From assembly GCA_016931955.1 (NCBI GenBank), contig JAFGDV010000006.1:1-30241 (forward strand): 30,241 nucleotides of DNA, given 5' to 3'. The stretch is from Candidatus Altiarchaeota archaeon. GTDB lineage: Archaea; Altiarchaeota; Altiarchaeia; IMC4; QMZM01. The notes beneath the pieces were generated by a model, which was not told where the DNA came from, searched no databases, and saw only the letters and a list, made by a program, of their open reading frames with translations. Both the position numbers and the translations under genes were made by a program. How positions within the stretch are numbered: the stretch's first letter is position 1; every line of letters begins with the position of its first letter. Of the stretch, positions 8,933 through 17,606 are shown piece after piece.

Positions 8933-10357
8933 ATGACTTTCAGCTACTTGGACACAGAAAAGTGTGTTGACTACACAGAAAACCAATACTTCGTGGAGAG
9001 CTTAGGGCAAGACACTTTTTTGATAACTACGGAACATGGTGCCTGGGTTGTTTTAAATAGGGAGCAATACAAACTGCTTAGATTGAACCGATTACATGAG
9101 GATTCAGGCCTTTTCCAGGAATTAGAGAGAAAGGGGGTGATCGTCACCAAAAGGAATGTAGACAATATAATAAACCTTTACAGGCTAAGAAGAGACTTCC
9201 TCTTTATGGGAGTGAATCTGCACATAATAGCTGTGACGTCAAAATGCAATCATAGATGTATTTATTGTTTCACTGGGTCACGGAAAAACAGAGGGGATAT
9301 GGATGGAGACACTGCAAAGGATGTGGTGGATTTCATATTCCAGAGCCCAAACCCTGCAATAAATATAGAGATCTCGGGAGGTGAGCCGTTGATGAATTTC
9401 GACGTTGTTAGATTTATCATAGAATATTCTGAAAAATTGAATAAAAAGTGCGGAAAGAATCTGAGCTTCTCTGTCGCCACAAACCTGAGCCGGATGGATG
9501 AGGACATCTTAGAGTATTTGATGGATAAAAAAGTGTCTATATCCACTTCCTTGGATGGACCAAAGAGAGTGCATGACAAAAACAGGAAGTATCTAGGAGG
9601 TAGCAGTAGCTACGAAGAAACGGTTTATTGGATTGACGTCATCAAAAGGGATCACCAGTATCCTCTCATAGGCGCACTGCCTGTGATCACAAGATATTCA
9701 TTAGCCCATGGGGGGGAGATAGTCGACGAATACGTCAAACATGACCTTGGTTGTTTAAGGCTTAAATACATCTGTCCTACAGGTGACGCACAGAAGAGGT
9801 GGGACAGGATAGGATACACATCTGAGGAGTACCTTGTTCTATGGAAGAATGTTTTGGAGTACATCCTTGAGCTGAATTTTAGCGGCATAGAATTCAACGA
9901 AGGATTGACGACTCTTGCATTGAAAAAGATTTTATGGACGCGGGATCCGAACTATGTTGACCTGAGTATGCCCTGTGGTGCTGGAATAAGACAGATCGCA
10001 TACGACGAGGGGGGTAACATATACACCTGTGATGAAGCAAGACCTTATGACATATTTAGGCTGGGCAATGTGGGTAGAGACGGATACATGGAAACAACAA
10101 CTTCGAGGATCGTTGCCAGTATTGTCGGCATATCCTCTGGCTACCCCCTCATCTGTGATTTCTGTGTTTGGAAACCATACTGTGGAGTCTGCTGTGTCAT
10201 ATCATACGCGCAACAAGGGAATATAATACCAAAGCTGCCTCTTGATTTCAGATGCAGGATACATAAGGGGATATTCGAGTATGTATTCAAAAAGCTGCTT
10301 TCATCGCCTGAGTGGAGAAAGATTTTTATGAAGTGGGTTAATATACCAATGTTCTAG
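8933..10357 (+). CDS. hxsB: Radical SAM/SPASM peptide maturase, HxsB-like
   Basis: CNHRCIYC rSAM motif, GGEPL, SLDGP; SPASM region YVDLSMPCGAG...YTCDEAR...CDFCVWKPYCGVC...C; N-terminal LITTEHGAWVVL; hxsD context. Confidence 0.8.
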   Translation: MTFSYLDTEKCVDYTENQYFVESLGQDTFLITTEHGAWVVLNREQYKLLRLNRLHEDSGLFQELERKGVIVTKRNVDNIINLYRLRRDFLFMGVNLHIIAVTSKCNHRCIYCFTGSRKNRGDMDGDTAKDVVDFIFQSPNPAINIEISGGEPLMNFDVVRFIIEYSEKLNKKCGKNLSFSVATNLSRMDEDILEYLMDKKVSISTSLDGPKRVHDKNRKYLGGSSSYEETVYWIDVIKRDHQYPLIGALPVITRYSLAHGGEIVDEYVKHDLGCLRLKYICPTGDAQKRWDRIGYTSEEYLVLWKNVLEYILELNFSGIEFNEGLTTLALKKILWTRDPNYVDLSMPCGAGIRQIAYDEGGNIYTCDEARPYDIFRLGNVGRDGYMETTTSRIVASIVGISSGYPLICDFCVWKPYCGVCCVISYAQQGNIIPKLPLDFRCRIHKGIFEYVFKKLLSSPEWRKIFMKWVNIPMF

Positions 10358-10396
10358 ATTTACATATATGTTTTTATGTCAGTAACCCAATAACTT
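10358..10396 (+). promoter_or_regulatory. Probable dedicated TATA promoter for the precursor gene
   Basis: TTTACATATATGTTTTTATG lies about 20-38 nt upstream of ATG 10397. Confidence 0.4.
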
Positions 10397-10762
10397 ATGA
10401 GTATGAAAAAGAGACTTCCAAGGATAAGGAAGGAATTATGTTCGTTTCTGTCTGAAGAAGACGGCAGGATACCGAAGAAGTCGATGCTTGCAATCGGTTC
10501 TACTATGGGTGGCATAGCTTTGGCCGGATTATTCTCTGATGTGATACCGTCTGCTGAGGCAACATGCCCCTCAGAAACAGTATTCACTTGTTGGCATAAT
10601 AATACCATTAACGCAGCCTATGATTCAACAATGTGTGCAATAACAGCCACCCACAATCTCCACGCGAATTTCAGCGTGGGTCCTGGGGAACATGGAACCA
10701 GCGGTTGCCGGCACGACAACAGTTGCCCACCGCCAAATGATGGATTGGATCCCTGCCTATGA
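10397..10762 (+). CDS. Candidate RiPP precursor (HxsA-positional analogue) with H-x-N motifs and export signal
   Basis: 121 aa, immediately after hxsB. Basic leader, FLSEEDG, hydrophobic stretch, AEA, then a core with 5 His (HNN, HNL, HAN, HGT, HDN) and 6 Cys. Confidence 0.6.
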   Translation: MSMKKRLPRIRKELCSFLSEEDGRIPKKSMLAIGSTMGGIALAGLFSDVIPSAEATCPSETVFTCWHNNTINAAYDSTMCAITATHNLHANFSVGPGEHGTSGCRHDNSCPPPNDGLDPCL

Positions 10763-10767
10763 TTAAT

Positions 10768-10791
10768 CTAACGCTCACCAACGAGCGATAG
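10768..10791 (+). other. Stem-loop just after the precursor stop
   Basis: cta-a-cgctc accaac gagcg-a-tag: 5-bp GC-rich stem plus 3 bp across one mismatch; no adjacent U-tract. Confidence 0.35.
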
Positions 10792-10810
10792 CATCGTATT
10801 TCAGGATAAA

Positions 10811-11662
10811 ATGATTGGAATCATCCCCATTAGCAGATATATCTCAATCTGTTCATTTTTACTTTTTGCTGCCATGCCTTTGATGACTATGGTAACCGCC
10901 TCATCAGCGCAAGATAGGGGACCTGAGGGATATTGTCTGGCCGCCTTATCATACATCTCTGACACGGAACGATCGATGAAGCTGCCGTTCAAGGATTTTG
11001 AAGAATTCGCTAATAACAGCCTTAGAGTGGACGCTAAATACGATCCGTTGATGCTTATCAGATTTGTTCCGGATGATGGGAATGATCGCTTTTATAGCCT
11101 GATTATGTTCGATCTATACAAAGAAATGGATATTGCCTTCTATTACAGCGTGGATAACGAGACCCAGAAAAGCGATTTCATCGGTTGTTCCCTATCTTCC
11201 GATGAATACCCGATAAATCTCGGCTGGTCTGATATCGTGTTAGTTCATAATGAACAAAGAATTCAGAGGGTATTGGTGGACAATGTTACATTCTATCGTA
11301 TAGATGACATGGCCAACCTTTCAACACCGGATGGTTCTCTCAGATGGAACATACATAAAACGCTTCTGCTATACGGAGGGGACTCCTCTGTCATGGAGGG
11401 GTGGGGTGCGTTCAAGAACTGGATAGGTAAGAATTTCTATTTTGAAAGAGATGTGGGTATGTACATCTTGGAGGATAGGACTACTAGAATAGAGACTCCA
11501 GATATTTTTATGAAGCGACAAACAGAATTGAGAGAACGACAAACAGAATTGAGGGGACTTATTCATGCAACACAGGTAATTATTGGTTTTTTGGTCATTT
11601 TGTTGATCATTTATCTCATAGTAGAGAAGAGGAAAGAACTCGGTAGGTGGATGGAATCATGA
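10811..11662 (+). CDS. Exported protein with C-terminal membrane anchor, unknown function
   Basis: Hydrophobic N-terminus ending ASSA; C-terminal VIIGFLVILLIIYLIV followed by EKRK. Confidence 0.65.
   Translation: MIGIIPISRYISICSFLLFAAMPLMTMVTASSAQDRGPEGYCLAALSYISDTERSMKLPFKDFEEFANNSLRVDAKYDPLMLIRFVPDDGNDRFYSLIMFDLYKEMDIAFYYSVDNETQKSDFIGCSLSSDEYPINLGWSDIVLVHNEQRIQRVLVDNVTFYRIDDMANLSTPDGSLRWNIHKTLLLYGGDSSVMEGWGAFKNWIGKNFYFERDVGMYILEDRTTRIETPDIFMKRQTELRERQTELRGLIHATQVIIGFLVILLIIYLIVEKRKELGRWMES
11516..11553 (+). repeat. In-frame tandem duplication (21-bp period)
   Basis: cgacaaacagaattgag at 11516-11532 and 11537-11553, encoding RQTELRE-RQTELR. Confidence 0.85.
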
Positions 11663-12765
11663 TGGCGAGAAAAAAGGTCGTAATAGCACTTATAGTAATG
11701 GGTATCGCCTACGTTGGGGTGACTGGTATATTTGATCTGACACCCATTATAATGCCTGATGTCCGGCTCATAGACTATAATGTCACAGGGCCTGTTTTTT
11801 TGGGTGTTGAGCTTAATAGGGTAACGGATTACCACATCTACATGTATGACATATCGAATGGGAAAATTTCGACCCTCGTATCGAACAAGGAGGGCTTATT
11901 CAGCCCAGCGATAGACGGGGACAACGTCGCTTATATCAGCTACAGTGGCGGTAATCCTGACATCCACGTAATCAATATACCCACGAAGGAGATTAAACAT
12001 CTGACATCAGACCCATATCAACAGGATTACCCCCATATCCATGAAAACAGGGTCGTATGGGAGGATGAAAGAAGCAAATACGCTGAAGGAAGCAGGGTAA
12101 CAAACACTCTGGACGTGTATATGTATGACTTGAACACCGATGAAGAGAAACCGATCATAACAACACAGGGTAAAGAGAGGTTCCCTTCGATCTATGGAGA
12201 CATAGTGGTCTGTGAGGTCTACAGTGACCTTGCATGCGAAAAGATTTATTTCTATGACCTATCAACAGGAGAACTGACGGAGATAGCCTCAAATTCACTG
12301 GTAATGGGTCCACCACACGTATACAAGAACACCGTAGTGTGGGCTTCTTTGGTTGAGGGGGACGAAATCTTAACCTATGATATAACTACAGGTAAGACAC
12401 GACAGATCACAAGTTCGGCAGAGAATGAGATGGATACGGACATCTACGAGGACAAGGTGGTCTATGCTAAAGGATTTCTGGCCAGTGACTTAGATATATA
12501 TATCTACGACATAGAATCTGGTCTCGAGGACAGAATCACTAACACACCAAATAACTTGGAGAGGCTGCCCAGGGTCTATCAAGACAAAATTGTCTATATC
12601 AGATGGGTGGGGGATTATACATATGTCTACCTCTACGACCTGAAAACTGGGGAGGAGAGCATGATAGAATCTCCGTCGAAATTCAATTATTTGGTGGATA
12701 TCTGGGAAAACAGGATAGTTTGGATGGGCTTCGATGTTTCTGAAGAAAAAGAGGATTCACTGTGA
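11659..12765 (+). CDS. Membrane-tethered TolB-like/archaeal beta-propeller repeat protein
   Basis: N-terminal TM; repeated blades such as IYMYDISNG, PAIDGDNVAY, VYMYDLNTDEE, PSIYGDIVV, IYIYDIESG. Start moved to ATG 11659 (ATGA overlap with upstream stop, AGGTGG RBS). Confidence 0.75.
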   Translation: MMARKKVVIALIVMGIAYVGVTGIFDLTPIIMPDVRLIDYNVTGPVFLGVELNRVTDYHIYMYDISNGKISTLVSNKEGLFSPAIDGDNVAYISYSGGNPDIHVINIPTKEIKHLTSDPYQQDYPHIHENRVVWEDERSKYAEGSRVTNTLDVYMYDLNTDEEKPIITTQGKERFPSIYGDIVVCEVYSDLACEKIYFYDLSTGELTEIASNSLVMGPPHVYKNTVVWASLVEGDEILTYDITTGKTRQITSSAENEMDTDIYEDKVVYAKGFLASDLDIYIYDIESGLEDRITNTPNNLERLPRVYQDKIVYIRWVGDYTYVYLYDLKTGEESMIESPSKFNYLVDIWENRIVWMGFDVSEEKEDSL

Positions 12766-12791
12766 AATAGTTTTTCCCTTTTGTATAAAGG

Positions 12792-13682
12792 ATGAAAGAT
12801 AAAAAGGGGTTTTTTGATGAATTAAAAAGTCTGCGTTTAGGTTGTGATGCGATTAAGGATATTGTTCTAGTATATGATGGGGTTAAACCCTCGACAAGAT
12901 TAATGTTACCACAATACTCACTTAAATCACTTCAGGAGTTTTTGGTAAGATATGGGCTCTGCATTATAAGATCAGACTATAAAGTTGTAACGAAGAAGGA
13001 TAGAAGCAAGGGCGGTTGGGGAAATAAAATTCTGAGGATAGTCGACGCAAACTCCGATGAAGGAGAACCCTCTTATTATATCGCAAAATCAGATGAGATT
13101 GCAAAAGAGGCAAAGACTGCGGATTTTGTAGATCCCGACGAATTCGGTCAAACCTTGGGTTATCCTATATGCTGTCAGGAATTCTTCAAGAAGTATTTTC
13201 CGTTAGCAAACGAAAAACAGTGCGACTTCGTCCTCTATACATTAAAGGAAACAAAAGAAGACTACCCATATGACCTCTACAACAATAATGCTTCCAGGTA
13301 CTTTGGTTATTCTCTTTTAAGTCACTTTCCATGTTCCTTCAACTGCAAGGAGTCGTCGAAGCTTGCAAGGAGTTACTACAAAGTGTTCGAAAGATACTCA
13401 CCAAGTTGGGCGAATAACTTCATCTATTGTCAACAGTCAGCGATCATCTACACTGAATATGGTGGTATTTTTTTAATCAAAAATTTCGAGCTTAATGGGG
13501 ATATCCTACGGTATGGCAAATCAAGCCGATTGTATTCGACTATAACAAACAAGAACCTGGAATTGCTTAGTAGGGGAAACAATATATTGATCAAATCCAA
13601 GAACAACTTTTCAATCCGCCAGGGAGATAGGCTTCTAAAAACATTTAAGGGCGAGAATGTTGGGTTGCTTGTTTTTGGATAG
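12792..13682 (+). CDS. DUF483-like protein
   Basis: Motifs GVKP, FGQTLGYPICCQEFF and HFPCSFNCKES, as recalled for DUF483. Confidence 0.65.
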   Translation: MKDKKGFFDELKSLRLGCDAIKDIVLVYDGVKPSTRLMLPQYSLKSLQEFLVRYGLCIIRSDYKVVTKKDRSKGGWGNKILRIVDANSDEGEPSYYIAKSDEIAKEAKTADFVDPDEFGQTLGYPICCQEFFKKYFPLANEKQCDFVLYTLKETKEDYPYDLYNNNASRYFGYSLLSHFPCSFNCKESSKLARSYYKVFERYSPSWANNFIYCQQSAIIYTEYGGIFLIKNFELNGDILRYGKSSRLYSTITNKNLELLSRGNNILIKSKNNFSIRQGDRLLKTFKGENVGLLVFG

Positions 13683-13687
13683 GCTAC

Positions 13688-14956
13688 CTAGGTCGTTTTT
13701 TGGATACACAGATCCATCAGACAGAGTGTGTGATTGTCTCCGCATCTTATGCAGTATCTCTCCAAAACCAGAAAGGCCTTGAATTTTTTTAGGTCTATAT
13801 TGCTCAATAAATCCGCGTGAAGTTCAAGACGATTCTTTTTCCTGCAGAAGTATATCTTTTCGGGGGGAAGACCTTTCTTTTTGAGTATCCTTATCAACTC
13901 CTTGATCTTTTCGAGTGATTCTGTGACCACTATCTTTTTTATGCATCCGTTTTCTGTGACTTCTTCATGAGGCTTTCTTATGATTTCGGTCATATTTTTG
14001 ATGATCATAGCTCCTTGAACATGTTTTTTATAGTAACTTGGGCAAAAATTGATTGGTAACTCTATGTTCTTCTCTATTGTAGAATCTATTATCCTCAAAG
14101 CGGCCAGTTCGCTGCCATAAACTGGCATTATGTCGCTCATGAAATCATTTTCTGAGGAACCAATTAGAACCTTATAGCCTCTACTGCTCATGTCCCTCAG
14201 ATTATTCTTGCTAAACGTCAACTCGTGAAGATTCAGGTATTTTACACCGATTTTTTTCAACTCTGGCAGCAGTTTTTTTACTTTTTCTTCATCTTCGGGG
14301 ATTGCTGGTATCTCCACTGACACAACATCAACGCTTTTCACGGCATTTTTTAGCGGCTTTGTGTCGTATTCTCTTGCTGCTAGATCAAACCTGAGCTCAT
14401 CTAAGCCGCTATCCCTGAGTGCATTCAGCGTTTTTTTAGAGGCCAAGTCGCCGTTGGTGTAAAGCCAGATGTAGAAATCCTCAGACATATTATCCTTCAT
14501 TGCTGAGATGAAATCAAGAGCTCTGTCGAGTACACATAAGGGTTCACCGCCGGATATTCCAACACCCTCTATATTCCATCTCTTCAGGAAAGAGATCAGT
14601 TGACTTGGATTATGAAAGATGCTGTAATCGCATTTCACGTAATCTTTTTCTGGTTTGTTCCTTGGTTGGGGACAATAGAAGCAATGCCTTGTGCATTTTT
14701 CTGTTATGAAGATGCAAATCCATTTACCTCTTTTACATAATCTGCAGCCCTTGGATAGGTCGCCGTAGAATAGACTGTTTCCTTCTTGGGTTGCCTTGAG
14801 TCCTCTGGAGATCAAGCCATCTATAAGCTGCCGTCTTTCAGAGCGATACACATCGATCTCTGCCTTTGAGGGCCTCCCTATTCGTCGGTAAAGCTTCTTG
14901 TTCTCATTCTTTATCTCACGTATTTTTTCGGGATTTGGATAATACCATCCTTGCAT
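13688..14956 (-). CDS. Radical SAM protein, uncharacterised archaeal-type (COG2108/MJ1632-like)
   Basis: GDLSKGCRLCKRGKWICIFITEKCTRHCFYCP, ISGGEPL, WLYTNG, GLDELRFD, VEIPAIP, LNLHEL. No SPASM domain. Confidence 0.75.
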   Translation of the reverse strand: MQGWYYPNPEKIREIKNENKKLYRRIGRPSKAEIDVYRSERRQLIDGLISRGLKATQEGNSLFYGDLSKGCRLCKRGKWICIFITEKCTRHCFYCPQPRNKPEKDYVKCDYSIFHNPSQLISFLKRWNIEGVGISGGEPLCVLDRALDFISAMKDNMSEDFYIWLYTNGDLASKKTLNALRDSGLDELRFDLAAREYDTKPLKNAVKSVDVVSVEIPAIPEDEEKVKKLLPELKKIGVKYLNLHELTFSKNNLRDMSSRGYKVLIGSSENDFMSDIMPVYGSELAALRIIDSTIEKNIELPINFCPSYYKKHVQGAMIIKNMTEIIRKPHEEVTENGCIKKIVVTESLEKIKELIRILKKKGLPPEKIYFCRKKNRLELHADLLSNIDLKKFKAFLVLERYCIRCGDNHTLCLMDLCIQKTT

Positions 14957-15017
14957 TTTTAGATGTATTTAATAATTCAGCACTAATAAGTTAATAGTAT
15001 CCTAGAGGTGATTGATT

Positions 15018-16040
15018 ATGGTGTATGTCAAGAGATTGTTGATTTTATTATTGTTGTTCTCTCTTTTGATGCCTGCCTGCATCGACTCAGGTGGGAAATC
15101 CGATGAAGTTGTTGTCTATGTCGCACATGATCAGGATTATTCTGAGCCCATACTCAGGGCTTTTGAAGAGGAAACTGGCATCAGGGTGAAAACTCTCTAC
15201 GATACTGAAGCTACTAAGACCACGGGCCTGGTGAACAAGCTGATAGCGGAAAAGAACCGTCCTCAGGCTGACGTCTTCTGGAACAACGAAGTCAGCAGGA
15301 CTATTGTCTTGAAGAATAACGGTATCCTGGAAACCTATTGTTCGCCTAACGCAGCCGATGTGCCAGCTATATACAAGGACCCTGAATGTTACTGGACTGG
15401 TTTCGGAGCTAGGGCGCGGATCATACTCTACAACTTGGATCTTGTAAGCAGAGAGGATGCACCCGATTCCTTGATGGATTTAACAGATCCCAAATGGGAG
15501 GGCAAGACGTGTATTGCAAACCCTCTTTTCGGTTCTACTGCATCGCATGTGGCTTCTCTATTCGCCTACTGGGGTGACGACGAAGCCATCCAATACTTCA
15601 CTGGCCTTAAGGAGAATAACATCATGATTGTGGAAAGCAACGGCATGGTCAGGGATCTTGTTGTTTCCGGTGAATGCTACATCGGCTTGACTGACACTGA
15701 TGACGCAAACGATGCCTTGGTCGAGAATAAACCTGTTGCGATGGTGTTCCCAGATCAGGACGGCATGGGTACTCTGGTTTTCCCCAATTCAGTGATGTTG
15801 ATCAAGAATGGGCCGAATCCAGAGAACGGTAAAAAACTCGTCGATTACCTGTTGAGCAGGGATGTCGAGAGAGAGCTTGCTTATACGAAGGCGATGCAGA
15901 TACCCCTTAAACCTGGAGTGGAGCGTCCGGAGAATGTTCCTGACGTGGATGAATTGAAGAATATTCCTGTGACGCCGGAGGAGCTCTATAATAAACTTAA
16001 CGTCTCTCAGGTTTTTGTTCAGGAGCTTTTTATCAGATAA
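15018..16040 (+). CDS. ABC transporter substrate-binding protein, Fe3+ (AfuA/FutA)-like
   Basis: Lipoprotein-like signal (LLMPAC), FEEETGIRV, AEKNRPQADVFW, DLTDPKWEG, AMVFPDQ. GAGGTGA RBS at 15005-15011 supports ATG 15018. Confidence 0.8.
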   Translation: MVYVKRLLILLLLFSLLMPACIDSGGKSDEVVVYVAHDQDYSEPILRAFEEETGIRVKTLYDTEATKTTGLVNKLIAEKNRPQADVFWNNEVSRTIVLKNNGILETYCSPNAADVPAIYKDPECYWTGFGARARIILYNLDLVSREDAPDSLMDLTDPKWEGKTCIANPLFGSTASHVASLFAYWGDDEAIQYFTGLKENNIMIVESNGMVRDLVVSGECYIGLTDTDDANDALVENKPVAMVFPDQDGMGTLVFPNSVMLIKNGPNPENGKKLVDYLLSRDVERELAYTKAMQIPLKPGVERPENVPDVDELKNIPVTPEELYNKLNVSQVFVQELFIR

Positions 16041-16058
16041 TCCCAATTCTTATGGAAG

Positions 16059-17606
16059 ATGTCTTTGAGGTTTCATGCAGATTTAAGGCTATTATTAAAA
16101 ATCTTAACGCTTTTTCTATTCATCGTAGTTGCCATAGTTCCACTACTTTGCATCCTCTCATCGGATTTCTCATTGGAGCTTATTCCCACGTTTCTTGATG
16201 AGAGGTTGCTGTTTATCTTCCTCAGAACAATCCTCTTAGGTGTCAGTACAGTAGCTATGAGTCTTCTGATAGGAGTACCACTCGCATTTCTCTTGGAGTA
16301 TACAGTGCTACCATTCAGATCCTTCCTGGAAAAGGTCTACATACTGCCTCTATTGATACCCCCGTATATAAGCGCGATAGCTTGGTTGGAATTCCTGGGA
16401 AAGAAGGGGGATATCACGAATCTGAATCTTCCATTGGACATATACAATCTACCCTCAGCCATAGTTATTTTATCTCTTTCATTCTTTCCGATCGTGACTT
16501 TGTTGACGTCATTCGCACTCAAGAACATTGATTCCAGACTGGAGGATGCTGCAAGGCTCTTGTATCCTCAAAAGGAGGTCATAAGGAGGATAACCCTTCC
16601 ATTGATTATGCCTCACATCATCATCAGCTCAGTCTTCGTTTTCGTTTTTTCCATCTCCGAGCTCGGCGTTCCCGCATTATTGATGGTTAATGTTTTCACC
16701 CCCGAGATATTCGCACAGTTCAGCGCCTTTTTTGATACCAGCAAGGCTGTTACACTCTCCCTGCCTCTCATCATCTTGATATTCATTATCATCCTACTGA
16801 ACAGATCATTCCTTGGAGGGAAGTCCTTCATAACCATCTCCTCCTTTTCTAAGAGAAAGAAATCGATTGAATTATCAAGGACCCAGAGTTTGGTTGCTTT
16901 GTCCTTCGCATCTCTCATCCTGGTACTATCCGTTGGGATACCGATCTCGGTTCTACTTATAGAATCCAGATTGCAGTTCTCAATAGCTCTCTCTGAAGCC
17001 TACACACCTCTCCTAAACACCATAAAAATGGCTTCGATGGGCGCTACCTTGATGGTCGCCATAGGCTTCTTTCTCGCGTATTTTTACAGAAGCCGATTTG
17101 ATCCAATAATCCTATTCCCCATAGCAATCCCGAGCATGATGGCGGGCATCGGGCTCATCAAATTCTTCAACATCGAATTTCTTTCTTTTATCTACAACAG
17201 CTTTCTCATAGTCATAGTAGGGTACGCAACAAGATTCCTCCCATTCGTCACGAAAACACTCCATCCCTTCTTTGAGCAGATACATCCCTCGATCGAGGAA
17301 TCGGCGCTCCTATCAGGCGCCTCCTTCTGGAGGATTCTCCATCGGATCCTGTTCCCTTTGATGAAGCCTGGAATCATTTCGGCGTGGATTGTCGGCTTTA
17401 TACTGTCGGTACATGAACTTTCTACGACGATACTGGTTTCCCCTGCAGGGCTCCAGACCCTGCCAATCAGGATATACTCTCTGATGCACTATGGAGCTCC
17501 CGAGATGGTCTCATCCCTCTCATTGATATTGATTGCTGTGATAATTGCCCCCGTGATACTATTCCTCCTAATCAAGAAGTCATTATTCAGGGCGGTGACG
17601 GCATGA
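16059..17606 (+). CDS. ABC transporter permease (FbpB/ThiP-type, duplicated)
   Basis: Many TM helices with two EAA-type loops: LEDAARLL...RITLPLI and IEESALLSGA...RILFPLMKPG. Confidence 0.85.
   Translation: MSLRFHADLRLLLKILTLFLFIVVAIVPLLCILSSDFSLELIPTFLDERLLFIFLRTILLGVSTVAMSLLIGVPLAFLLEYTVLPFRSFLEKVYILPLLIPPYISAIAWLEFLGKKGDITNLNLPLDIYNLPSAIVILSLSFFPIVTLLTSFALKNIDSRLEDAARLLYPQKEVIRRITLPLIMPHIIISSVFVFVFSISELGVPALLMVNVFTPEIFAQFSAFFDTSKAVTLSLPLIILIFIIILLNRSFLGGKSFITISSFSKRKKSIELSRTQSLVALSFASLILVLSVGIPISVLLIESRLQFSIALSEAYTPLLNTIKMASMGATLMVAIGFFLAYFYRSRFDPIILFPIAIPSMMAGIGLIKFFNIEFLSFIYNSFLIVIVGYATRFLPFVTKTLHPFFEQIHPSIEESALLSGASFWRILHRILFPLMKPGIISAWIVGFILSVHELSTTILVSPAGLQTLPIRIYSLMHYGAPEMVSSLSLILIAVIIAPVILFLLIKKSLFRAVTA

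Noticed and set aside
10360-10608. 82-aa minus-strand ORF as an alternative precursor
   Set aside because: Antisense to the better-supported 121-aa ORF, which is co-oriented with hxsB.
12792-12830. KKG|FF as a class III prepilin cleavage site
   Set aside because: No hydrophobic helix follows.
13688-14956. Second rSAM as HxsC
   Set aside because: Its motifs fit the COG2108/MJ1632-like family and it is on the opposite strand.
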